Source of the DNA: a virus
DNA: 64,000 nt
IMG/VR virus record: IMGVR_UViG_3300020193_000011
Location: 1-64,000 of that record
Direction: 5' to 3' (one strand)
Position numbers and translations under genes: made by a program. The notes beneath the pieces are model-generated. The model searched no databases. It saw nothing but the letters and a program-made list of their open reading frames with translations, and had not been told where the DNA came from. How positions within the stretch are numbered: position 1 is the first letter of the stretch; the number at the start of each line of letters is the position of its first letter. This document shows positions 9,041 through 17,320 of the stretch, piece by piece.

Positions 9041-9735
9041 TATTTCCCCAACAACGCATAAAGACAGACTGGGTACAGGGGTTTTGCCAATTCATAAACC
9101 GCTTCTGCGTATTTTTGTATCTCGAATTGAGAATCATCTGACAGTCTTTGATTCAAGAACAGAGACATGGATTGCAAACTGCATGACCATCTATAGGAGA
9201 CATACATTCCATACGCAGGCAGGAACAAACGCGCCTGCTCAGGCGCTATTCCATTATCGATAGCCATATTGTACAACGACTCACATTTTTCAATCAAATC
9301 TTTTAGCTCAGTGGTCAAAATAGATCCTACCCAAGGCCCGGCAATACCGGACGAACCTTGTTTTTTGTTTTCGGCAGCTAGTCTCCATTTGTCTGCATCT
9401 GGCAAATAAAATTCTGGATCTTGAGTAATATATCTTCTAGAGGACTCGTTCCAAGAATCCATCGTGTGATCTGAGCCAACGACATACTTCCAATGTTGTC
9501 GAGCAACCATGAGCGGCGCATAAAACTCAAATGTAAGAAACGCGTGTCTGAATGGAGACATGTGATTTTCTTGACACAAAAAATTAATCAACCTACCGTC
9601 GTTCTGTGAAAAATTAATTGACTCCTTGGCAAAAGAAGCTCTGGCGGCATTTACGATTGAAAGATCGCTGCCCATGTGATCAATTAGTCTTACGTACCCT
9701 TTATCAAGAACTGTTATTTTGTTTTCTGTTGACAT
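9040..9735 (-). CDS. thyX: Flavin-dependent thymidylate synthase
   Basis: GSDLSIVNAARASF, HMSPF, NESSRRY, PEQARLFLP and QFEI. Confidence 0.92.
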   Translation of the reverse strand: MSTENKITVLDKGYVRLIDHMGSDLSIVNAARASFAKESINFSQNDGRLINFLCQENHMSPFRHAFLTFEFYAPLMVARQHWKYVVGSDHTMDSWNESSRRYITQDPEFYLPDADKWRLAAENKKQGSSGIAGPWVGSILTTELKDLIEKCESLYNMAIDNGIAPEQARLFLPAYGMYVSYRWSCSLQSMSLFLNQRLSDDSQFEIQKYAEAVYELAKPLYPVCLYALLGK

Positions 9736-9753
9736 AACAATAAATTATAGCAT

Positions 9754-11868
9754 TTACTCCTGCGTGATGTTGTTTTTTATGAGTTTAATTTCGCAAGAAT
9801 CAGTAGCGCAATATTTTTCCCCTATTGCGTCAATTGCCATTCCGGCATATACTCCCACAAAATCTATTGGAAAAAGAGTTTTTTTAAAACTATCGTATTC
9901 TTCTTCAGTTATTTGGGTGTAGGGCATTTGCGGATATGTGTGGTTTCCGCTTGGAAGAAACGACACAGTCTTTAGCTGACCCTCGTACATGTGCAGCACA
10001 TTACCCACGTATTGAGCTTCTTTCTCTTTGTCAAATGATATCGTAACAGAAACAGAATTATCTGACCAATATCTTTGAGCCATTGCGGCCAAAGACATTT
10101 TTTCAAAAATTGTTACATCACGCTCTGCTCTCCCTGCCTCTGATTTAATTGGAAAATAAACTACAGATGTAGTATTGGGAGATTCAGATGCTGGCTCAAC
10201 TGTATAATTTGCCATTTTAAATAACGGCAACATTGGATCATCATTTGAAAATCTAATAGTTCTATTAAAAAATTTTCCACCCGGAGTCCAATGAACGCCA
10301 GGCGACTCACCGGCAAGAATAGAAACAGTGCCTGATGGTTTTATTGTTGTCATTTTAATTGATTCACGAATTCCAAGCCATTCTGAATATACATTATCAT
10401 ATCTTTGAATGGTTTTATATCCTTCATCCATCCATTCACGAAGAGCTGGCAGTCCGACACGATCAGCAAAATTTGCCACACCAGACATAGATGTTCCTAT
10501 TCTTCTATTTCTTTGCATAATTGCGTTTGTTTCCTCCCAGTGAGTGGGAAGTAGTGTAACTGTTTTGGCGTAGAGATAGGCAAACTTTAGTGTGCGCTTA
10601 TAGTCTTCTAAACTTTCGTGTCTATTTAAGTATGTTTCAACTAGAGTGCAACACTCAAACGACTCTAAAGACTGTTCTGCGCACGGATTATAACCAGCTA
10701 CACGATGATCTTTATTGTTCGGTGGATCAGCAAGTCGTCCGAATTCACGGCTTATGTCCATCCAAAGAACGCCAGGTTCCCCATTGCGCGCAATGCCTTC
10801 GACAATTGCACCAAGATCCACGCCCACTCTTGTTTCGACAGAATTATTTGACATCCAACCCCAACCCGGAGCATCTGGGCTGTAAGAATTTCTTTCGGGG
10901 AAAACTTCTATATTCTTAAGGTTTAAAAAATCTTGATCATCAATACGACCAATTAAAAGTTCGGCTGAACGACGCACGTTGCCAGATACTACGCATACTC
11001 CAATAAGATTTCCGATATCAGCTATATCTTTTCTGGTAAGTTTTTGTCCAATTCTGCTATCAAACATTTTTTTGATATGTTTATGAAGTTTTTCTAACGG
11101 CTCATGACCAGCCGCTATGCCGCCAAATGTTTTAATCGGAGCACCTGCTGGTCTGATCAAGGAATAGTCAAAATAGACCCCGTCTTGCCCAGGCTTAAGA
11201 TATGAGTCTAACAACATCGCCGTAGAAATATACCATCCCTCTCTTGTGTCGGGCACTACGTAGGTAGCAGTATCTGGACTTGTTGAGGATGGGGAATAGA
11301 TTGAAAAATCTTTATCTGCGCCCTTGTCATCAAACCCAACACCAACACCGAGCATGGACGCCTCCATTAAGAACGCAAACGGTTTTGAGGGATTAAGTTT
11401 CGTCATTTCCGATGTAGATACAAACGCGCAATTTTGCAGCGCTGCAGAATTTTTTTGTATGTTAACAATGTTGGTGCCCATAGCCCATAAGCCACGACCT
11501 GGAGGTGTCCACTTTAAATTAAATAAACGATCAAACGCCTCCTTAGCTGAAGCTTGCGCTTTTGCATCGTTCCATGGCAAGCGATTCTTTTTGCAGTGGT
11601 CTTTTTGCAAAGAATACATTCCATTGATTACTCGTTCACAAACATCTGACCAAGACTCTTTGGTGCCATCTTCTTTTAAACGAGAGTATGTACGAAGAAA
11701 TGTAATTTCTCCTACAGAATTTCCCCCTGCGTCTCTGTAGCCAAATGGAGCTAACTTTTGCCTATAAGATGCAACAAACTCGTCTGTTAGCTTAAAAGAA
11801 AACATAGATGATAATTTACTTGCAATTGGCGCCAAGTCTGGATTACCATTTTCAATTTCTTCTGACAT
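9754..11868 (-). CDS. nrdJ: Class II (adenosylcobalamin-dependent, monomeric RTPR-type) ribonucleotide reductase
   Basis: PPGRGLW, LQNC, GNVRRSA, NPCAEQ, TIKPSGT and C-terminal CATDSC; no small-subunit gene nearby. Confidence 0.93.
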   Translation of the reverse strand: MSEEIENGNPDLAPIASKLSSMFSFKLTDEFVASYRQKLAPFGYRDAGGNSVGEITFLRTYSRLKEDGTKESWSDVCERVINGMYSLQKDHCKKNRLPWNDAKAQASAKEAFDRLFNLKWTPPGRGLWAMGTNIVNIQKNSAALQNCAFVSTSEMTKLNPSKPFAFLMEASMLGVGVGFDDKGADKDFSIYSPSSTSPDTATYVVPDTREGWYISTAMLLDSYLKPGQDGVYFDYSLIRPAGAPIKTFGGIAAGHEPLEKLHKHIKKMFDSRIGQKLTRKDIADIGNLIGVCVVSGNVRRSAELLIGRIDDQDFLNLKNIEVFPERNSYSPDAPGWGWMSNNSVETRVGVDLGAIVEGIARNGEPGVLWMDISREFGRLADPPNNKDHRVAGYNPCAEQSLESFECCTLVETYLNRHESLEDYKRTLKFAYLYAKTVTLLPTHWEETNAIMQRNRRIGTSMSGVANFADRVGLPALREWMDEGYKTIQRYDNVYSEWLGIRESIKMTTIKPSGTVSILAGESPGVHWTPGGKFFNRTIRFSNDDPMLPLFKMANYTVEPASESPNTTSVVYFPIKSEAGRAERDVTIFEKMSLAAMAQRYWSDNSVSVTISFDKEKEAQYVGNVLHMYEGQLKTVSFLPSGNHTYPQMPYTQITEEEYDSFKKTLFPIDFVGVYAGMAIDAIGEKYCATDSCEIKLIKNNITQE

Positions 11869-11881
11869 TTATTTCTCCCAC

Positions 11882-12580
11882 TTATCTAATTAATTTAATA
11901 TAGTTTGAATTTGTTTTTTGTATTTCTGCTTTTTTAATTTTAACAATTTGATCTGTAGAATAAATTTTATGAATCTGTTTTTCTATAAAATATCCACTTC
12001 TCCAGTTAAGAACTTTTTCTACATTCTGACTATAATTAGTAAAGATATTACAAATAACCGCACCGCCATAAATTTTGATTAAATTGCTCATTTTTAATAC
12101 CGCTTCTTCTTTTTTGTCATGGTTAGAAAAAGATTCTTTATCTAATTTTTCATACAACCAATTAAAAGCTTGTCTAGTAAGAGGCGGTATATCTATGTGA
12201 TCAAAAATGCCTTCTTGAAGTATCAAAATTCTATTTTTTTCTATTCGTATATCTTCTTTAACTGTTTCTCTAAATAAAACAAACCAATCTCTTTCATTAA
12301 ACTGTGGCCATCCACTTACCCAAAATAATAAAACATGGTTTTCTGCTGGTATTGGAGATTTATTAACGATCGGCGATAGGCATGCGCATGCTATCGATTT
12401 TTTAATAAACTCTTTTGCTTTATCGTCACCTAATTTTTTCTTTTGTACTGACCAAAGTTGTGCTAACTTTTCTGGCCAATCTGATTCACCCAAATATATT
12501 GTAAGATATTTATTTGCCAACTCAACCGTAAGAATACCACTGCGAACGAATTCCTCCAATGGCTGTGTAGACATATTCAA
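11882..12580 (-). CDS. Hypothetical protein
   Basis: 232-aa ORF, first gene after the terminator; AAGGA lies just upstream (true start may be 12574). Confidence 0.8.
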   Translation of the reverse strand: MNMSTQPLEEFVRSGILTVELANKYLTIYLGESDWPEKLAQLWSVQKKKLGDDKAKEFIKKSIACACLSPIVNKSPIPAENHVLLFWVSGWPQFNERDWFVLFRETVKEDIRIEKNRILILQEGIFDHIDIPPLTRQAFNWLYEKLDKESFSNHDKKEEAVLKMSNLIKIYGGAVICNIFTNYSQNVEKVLNWRSGYFIEKQIHKIYSTDQIVKIKKAEIQKTNSNYIKLIR

Positions 12581-12582
12581 TC

Positions 12583-12620
12583 CTTATTAATGGTATTAAA
12601 AATTATATAATTAGTATGAT
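12583..12620 (-). promoter_or_regulatory. Putative promoter for the replication/metabolism block
   Basis: AT-rich minus-strand sequence CATACTAATTATATAATTTT contains TATAAT upstream of the ribosome-binding site. Confidence 0.35.
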
Positions 12621-12651
12621 AAAGAAAATTCCCGCCCATTGGGCGGGAATT
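12621..12651 (-). terminator. Rho-independent terminator
   Basis: Inverted repeat AATTCCCGCCC-AAT-GGGCGGGAATT followed by TTCTTT on the minus strand, downstream of the 204-aa gene. Confidence 0.85.
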
Positions 12652-12662
12652 AACTTCTTTGC

Positions 12663-12680
12663 CCTGCTAATTATAGCAGG
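12663..12680. repeat. Short inverted repeat (second hairpin)
   Basis: CCTGCTA-ATTA-TAGCAGG. Confidence 0.6.
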
Positions 12681-12714
12681 TGTTTGATTAGATTATTGCG
12701 ATAGAGCAAAAAAA

Positions 12715-13329
12715 TTACAATGCTTTTGTGGCCGTCAGACCTTTGTACTCCAGCACTTTGTTTCTGCCATAAGCGGATTCTGTATTTGGTTGACCGTAGC
12801 CACTCTTGAATACTTGAGCGCTCGCAACACCGCCAAAATCATCTGGTCTAAACAAACCAAATGAAGCTGCTGAGCCTTGCTCATCTGTTCTTGGCCCGTG
12901 GCCATATCCACTCTTGAATATTTCTGCTGAAGCTACACCATCAAAAAAGTAATTGCTGTATAGCGCATAGGGATTAACCCTATCCTCAACGTGACCGTAT
13001 CCAGAAGAAAATGCCTGAGCCCCAGCTAAACCCTTGTACTCTTGTGGCCTAAAGCGTGCACCGTCGTACGTGGCTTTGCCGTCTGGAAAGACCCCAGAAA
13101 GCGGATGCACGTAAAGTGTTGATCCATTGAATATCTGCGAAAGAAACCTGTTGCCAGGATGATCGCCAGTGCCAGAAACGTAATGATTATCCGGAGCACC
13201 GTCCAAAAGACCTTTAGCGAAAAGCGGATAAAATGAGTATTTGCCAGCCGTGCCCTTGAATGTATTGACCATATCATTAGAATTACGGCCCTTTAAAACT
13301 GGTCTACGACCCACGTAAAAGGTAGTCAT
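12715..13329 (-). CDS. Gly/aromatic-rich repeat protein, probably an abundant virion component
   Basis: Strong AAGGAG ribosome-binding site; three copies of (Y/F)xGxAxAxxFxSGYG(H/Q) plus a partial fourth; flanked by an AT-rich gap and a terminator. Confidence 0.8.
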   Translation of the reverse strand: MTTFYVGRRPVLKGRNSNDMVNTFKGTAGKYSFYPLFAKGLLDGAPDNHYVSGTGDHPGNRFLSQIFNGSTLYVHPLSGVFPDGKATYDGARFRPQEYKGLAGAQAFSSGYGHVEDRVNPYALYSNYFFDGVASAEIFKSGYGHGPRTDEQGSAASFGLFRPDDFGGVASAQVFKSGYGQPNTESAYGRNKVLEYKGLTATKAL

Positions 13330-13394
13330 TTACTTGTCTCCTTATTAAAAAATATGCTTATATAGTAAAAACAAATTAGGATTTTCACCCAAAA
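13330..13394 (-). promoter_or_regulatory. Putative late promoter and ribosome-binding site
   Basis: Intergenic TTTTTACTATATAA about 15 nt upstream of AAGGAG. Confidence 0.35.
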
Positions 13395-14657
13395 TTATAA
13401 ATTATAATCCATTTCAACAATAATATCCGACAAAACTGGCGGTATTTTATCTTCTAGCATTTTTAAAGTAACCTCTATATAAACGTGGTTACACGTATTC
13501 GGGTTGGTCAAAGAATACCCGCTTACACTCGGGTAAAATACCCTATATTGAAAGATGTCTGAAAGCAATGACTGATTAACGTTGTAAATTTTTGGCGAAA
13601 CGTTTATAACGTTGTTTATAGTGTTCCCCGGCGGAGCGTTAAATTTGACGAAGGTTTTACCGTTAGGCAGGAACTTATCGTATCTAATGTCAAGATCGGA
13701 AAGACCGTACGTATAAACGTAGGAATTGTTTTCCTTAATATAATTTCTTTGTCTTAACAAAATTCTGACCGCGGTTATTGAAGTTTCAGCAAAGTAGAAC
13801 TTAAGAGGCCCTGAATTGACAATGGTGTCCGAACCAACAACCGACCAACCACCTGGCGGAACCTTGCCAAGAGCATCGTATTCCCCGTCATACAATCCGT
13901 TGTTCAAACTTTTGTAATCGTCTTTGTCGGTCATGGTTGGATTATTTTTTGTTGTATATTCTATTTTGACTACATCGATACCGTTGGACGGGTAAGGAAA
14001 AATAGACAGCGAATTTGTCAAAGAACTTCCAATTGAACCTATTGGTATTTTGACATACAAATACATGCTGACACCAAGTGGATTGGGTTCGGTCAAAACA
14101 ACATTTCTTCTCCAAACTTTATCCGATTGATTCAAAAATGCGTTTTCGACAGGAGTGGAGTCTATAAGGGCTCCGGTTCCGTCTCCGCCAGACAAATTGG
14201 TGTCTAATCTGGTCTCAAGAAAATTGGGTATAACCTGACCTTTGATTGAGTTAACAAATTTAATTTTGGAATGAGAAGATCCTGAAGCTACCGGTAAAGT
14301 TAAATGATTACAATAGTCGCTGAACTCTAACGCATTAGATGCAGATATCGCATAGCTCGTCGAAACAAAGGGCGACAGATCTATCTGATTTTTAGAATGG
14401 ATGGATACTTGATTTGTGTTTATACTTTCTATGTTCCTAATTCTATCTTGCAATTCTTGAATAGCGGAAGTCAAAAAAATATTTTCTTTTACTATTCTTT
14501 CAATAATTTCATTAATTTTTTTATCCAAAACGCCATATTTGTTATACAGGTAAACCAAATCTGCGTAGTTTTCTTCTATGCGCTGGTTAAAATCCGTGCT
14601 GGAAAGTGGGCCGTGATACTTAACTGGTTTTTTCTGCGTATAAATATAATCAGACAT
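13395..14657 (-). CDS. Virion structural protein (baseplate/fibre-associated)
   Basis: N-terminal coiled coil followed by beta-rich domains; last gene of the structural run. Confidence 0.6.
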   Translation of the reverse strand: MSDYIYTQKKPVKYHGPLSSTDFNQRIEENYADLVYLYNKYGVLDKKINEIIERIVKENIFLTSAIQELQDRIRNIESINTNQVSIHSKNQIDLSPFVSTSYAISASNALEFSDYCNHLTLPVASGSSHSKIKFVNSIKGQVIPNFLETRLDTNLSGGDGTGALIDSTPVENAFLNQSDKVWRRNVVLTEPNPLGVSMYLYVKIPIGSIGSSLTNSLSIFPYPSNGIDVVKIEYTTKNNPTMTDKDDYKSLNNGLYDGEYDALGKVPPGGWSVVGSDTIVNSGPLKFYFAETSITAVRILLRQRNYIKENNSYVYTYGLSDLDIRYDKFLPNGKTFVKFNAPPGNTINNVINVSPKIYNVNQSLLSDIFQYRVFYPSVSGYSLTNPNTCNHVYIEVTLKMLEDKIPPVLSDIIVEMDYNL

Positions 14658-14665
14658 TTAATCTC

Positions 14666-15103
14666 CTAAGTTTCTTCTCTAATTTTGGCTTCAATTAAAT
14701 CAAGCTTTCTTAGCAGGTGTGCAATAGTAGATGAATTAAATTGAGGTTTATTAAATTGTAATATATCGTTTAAATACGGGGTGCTGGCTTCAACGTTATA
14801 TTCTTCTTCTTCTCTATCGTATGAAACGATTTGAGAATATATGGTCATTAACAGGTCTTGGTTTACATAGTAGTCTGGAGTGGCCGAATTTAGATTATTC
14901 CTTGACATTTCTCCAACATTATCAATCAAGGATTGAAGGTCTTTTATCTTTTTATGAAGTCTATGAATATCCATGAGGATCTGATCATTGGCTAAATTTA
15001 AAACAAAAGAGGGCACTGGCCCCTTATAAATTAGTCGTTGTCTATTTAATAAGGGTTCAAAAATTGTTTCTCTTTTGTTTTTACCGGAATAAGAAATGGT
15101 CAT
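14666..15103 (-). CDS. Putative structural protein
   Basis: N-terminal YxGP..S..N...D motif resembles that of the adjacent 420-aa gene. Confidence 0.55.
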   Translation of the reverse strand: MTISYSGKNKRETIFEPLLNRQRLIYKGPVPSFVLNLANDQILMDIHRLHKKIKDLQSLIDNVGEMSRNNLNSATPDYYVNQDLLMTIYSQIVSYDREEEEYNVEASTPYLNDILQFNKPQFNSSTIAHLLRKLDLIEAKIREET

Positions 15104-15110
15104 ACGATAC

Positions 15111-17318
15111 CTAATGATTGAATTTAATTGTATAAGAATTTAAAGCTGGAGCAGAATAGGAGTCTGCACCCCTAAAAAAATCTGCTCTTATTTTAATAAA
15201 TTTAATTTTGTTTTGATTATTTGCATAATAGTATACATTACTTCCGCCTCTTATTTCCTGAGTTCTTCTATACACAATTTCCTTATTGTTTTCATAGTCG
15301 ATAACAGAAAATACATTGTCATAATTTGAATGTTTATTTCTTAAATCTTCTATTTTAACCAAAGACAAATAATTTCTGTATATCGTAGCGTTTGGCACTT
15401 GCGATAGCGCTTGATCTTCCATCAATGCGATTGTGCCGTTAAATGGCGTTCGTACGCCATTTGTATGATTTGTGGATTTGTTAACAACAATAACTATTTT
15501 ATTTTGACCCTTAACAAAATTCCAAGTAAGTGCAGCTGATAAAACGCCGGCGGCCAAAATACCAGAAGTGGAAAGTTCAACGCCGTTCAAATATACGCTA
15601 ACATCCCAATACTGCGCTGAAAGTGATTTTAAGAATTTTTTTGTTAAAGTTAAAGATTCTTCCATGAAAACATTGGTGGTAATATACAGGCTTCCAAACG
15701 GAACATTTTGGGCCGAATAAAATTCTTGTGTTGAATTAGCCGTGACAAACGATGTGGTGATAACAATATCTTTTCTTTCGCCATATAAAGCGCTGTGCCA
15801 GGTGGCTATGTCTAGTGCGGTGCCAGTAACGTGTGATACCTGGAGTTGATCACTTTTTACGCTTTCTAATATATATGGTTCGTAGGGTTCTGAATTTTTT
15901 GGAAACCTACACAATCTATACACATTAAAATTTCTTGACAAAAAATCGTTTTGATAAAAATAATCTTTAATTGGATTATTGTAGACACTCGTTCTAGGAA
16001 TTTGCACGACAGAACTAAAAGTAGATTCGATAGAACTTGTTTCGGTTTTTACCAAATTAGACTTAACCAGTTTGGTTCCCCTGAAATCTACCGTGCTTGG
16101 ATAACTTGCATTTTTTTCCGAAGCGGGGGATATAGAAATCCAATTGAATTGATTAATGTCTGTTCCAAAATTGTTGTCTGCGGCAATGTAGTAGTTGATC
16201 GATGTTCCGGAAGGAATTTGCTGATCTACATCAAAAACAATTTTGTCTATAGCGAGATTGGGATTTTGATTGTTGGGCAAGCCCAAAGATTTACTTACAT
16301 AGATTCCGGAAGAACTGTAATATGGCGCGGTGATAATTAACTCATCAATCCTAAAATCATATACATATATTGCCTGATTGTTTTTTGTTGAAAAGAAATC
16401 TGGTTCAATTTTTGTTAAATAAAGTTCAATCATAGAACTTTTTTTTGTTGTAAAATTAAAAGAAAAATTGTCATAATCGCTTGAACTATCTTTTGTAAAA
16501 AACAATGATTTATTTTTATCAACTGGATCAATAACCAAAAGACTTGTTTCGACTGGTTTTTTTGAATTAATTTTACCTTCTACAACAGAAATTCCAGGAG
16601 TTTCCGAATTATACAATGTAACAGGAATAGAAATCTTTAATGTGCATACGCCAATCGAGTTAGACTCATATTGCATTGACCATTCGCTGTTATTTAATCC
16701 ATTAAATGCGTTGGAAATATCTATTGATTTTTCAGATATTTTTGTTACGCCATTAAAATAAACATCGGCTGTTGCATTAGAGACCTTGTTGAGAACATTG
16801 CCCACATAATTGAATAGCCCCGAAGTTTCTTTTGGCAGAGTTGCTTTTCTTGCGGAAGTATCCACGACCACCGTTGTATTGTTTAAATCGGTATTATTTG
16901 TATTGTTAAAAGCTTCTGTAAAAGAAAAATAATACCCACCAGTATTGTTAATACTAAACAAAAAATCATCAACTGTTTTTTCTAATTCAGCTCTTCTGGA
17001 TTTAAGATCTTCTATTTTAAATTTAAATGCAGATATCAAACTATATAGTTCTTCTGTTTCTTCATAATAATTTTCATACAAAACATCTAAATTAAATCCA
17101 TTATGCAAAAAGACTCTATTAAGTTTTTCTATGTCTATTTCTAGGCTTGAATTTAAATCAGAAAATGGCACCGGGATCGGTTGACCGGGTTTGAACCTTG
17201 AAAAGTATCTACCATATATTGAAGAAATTTCCTGCCTGGAAGGCTCACTGCCCAAGGAGTAGTATATCTTGTATATGGTTTCAAGAAATCTTCTTTTTTG
17301 TATATTTGCTATTGACAT
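15111..17318 (-). CDS. Virion structural protein
   Basis: 735 aa; coiled-coil N-terminus, beta-rich body, C-terminal P.L..Y.I strand. Confidence 0.6.
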   Translation of the reverse strand: MSIANIQKRRFLETIYKIYYSLGSEPSRQEISSIYGRYFSRFKPGQPIPVPFSDLNSSLEIDIEKLNRVFLHNGFNLDVLYENYYEETEELYSLISAFKFKIEDLKSRRAELEKTVDDFLFSINNTGGYYFSFTEAFNNTNNTDLNNTTVVVDTSARKATLPKETSGLFNYVGNVLNKVSNATADVYFNGVTKISEKSIDISNAFNGLNNSEWSMQYESNSIGVCTLKISIPVTLYNSETPGISVVEGKINSKKPVETSLLVIDPVDKNKSLFFTKDSSSDYDNFSFNFTTKKSSMIELYLTKIEPDFFSTKNNQAIYVYDFRIDELIITAPYYSSSGIYVSKSLGLPNNQNPNLAIDKIVFDVDQQIPSGTSINYYIAADNNFGTDINQFNWISISPASEKNASYPSTVDFRGTKLVKSNLVKTETSSIESTFSSVVQIPRTSVYNNPIKDYFYQNDFLSRNFNVYRLCRFPKNSEPYEPYILESVKSDQLQVSHVTGTALDIATWHSALYGERKDIVITTSFVTANSTQEFYSAQNVPFGSLYITTNVFMEESLTLTKKFLKSLSAQYWDVSVYLNGVELSTSGILAAGVLSAALTWNFVKGQNKIVIVVNKSTNHTNGVRTPFNGTIALMEDQALSQVPNATIYRNYLSLVKIEDLRNKHSNYDNVFSVIDYENNKEIVYRRTQEIRGGSNVYYYANNQNKIKFIKIRADFFRGADSYSAPALNSYTIKFNH

Positions 17319-17320
17319 AA

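Noticed and set aside
1578-11868. Inteins or introns in the helicase, ThyX or RNR
   Set aside because: Protein lengths are ordinary and no splice-junction or homing-endonuclease motifs are evident.
12581-12714. tRNA or structured ncRNA in the largest true intergenic gap
   Set aside because: There is no cloverleaf or T-loop motif; the hairpins are explained by a terminator.
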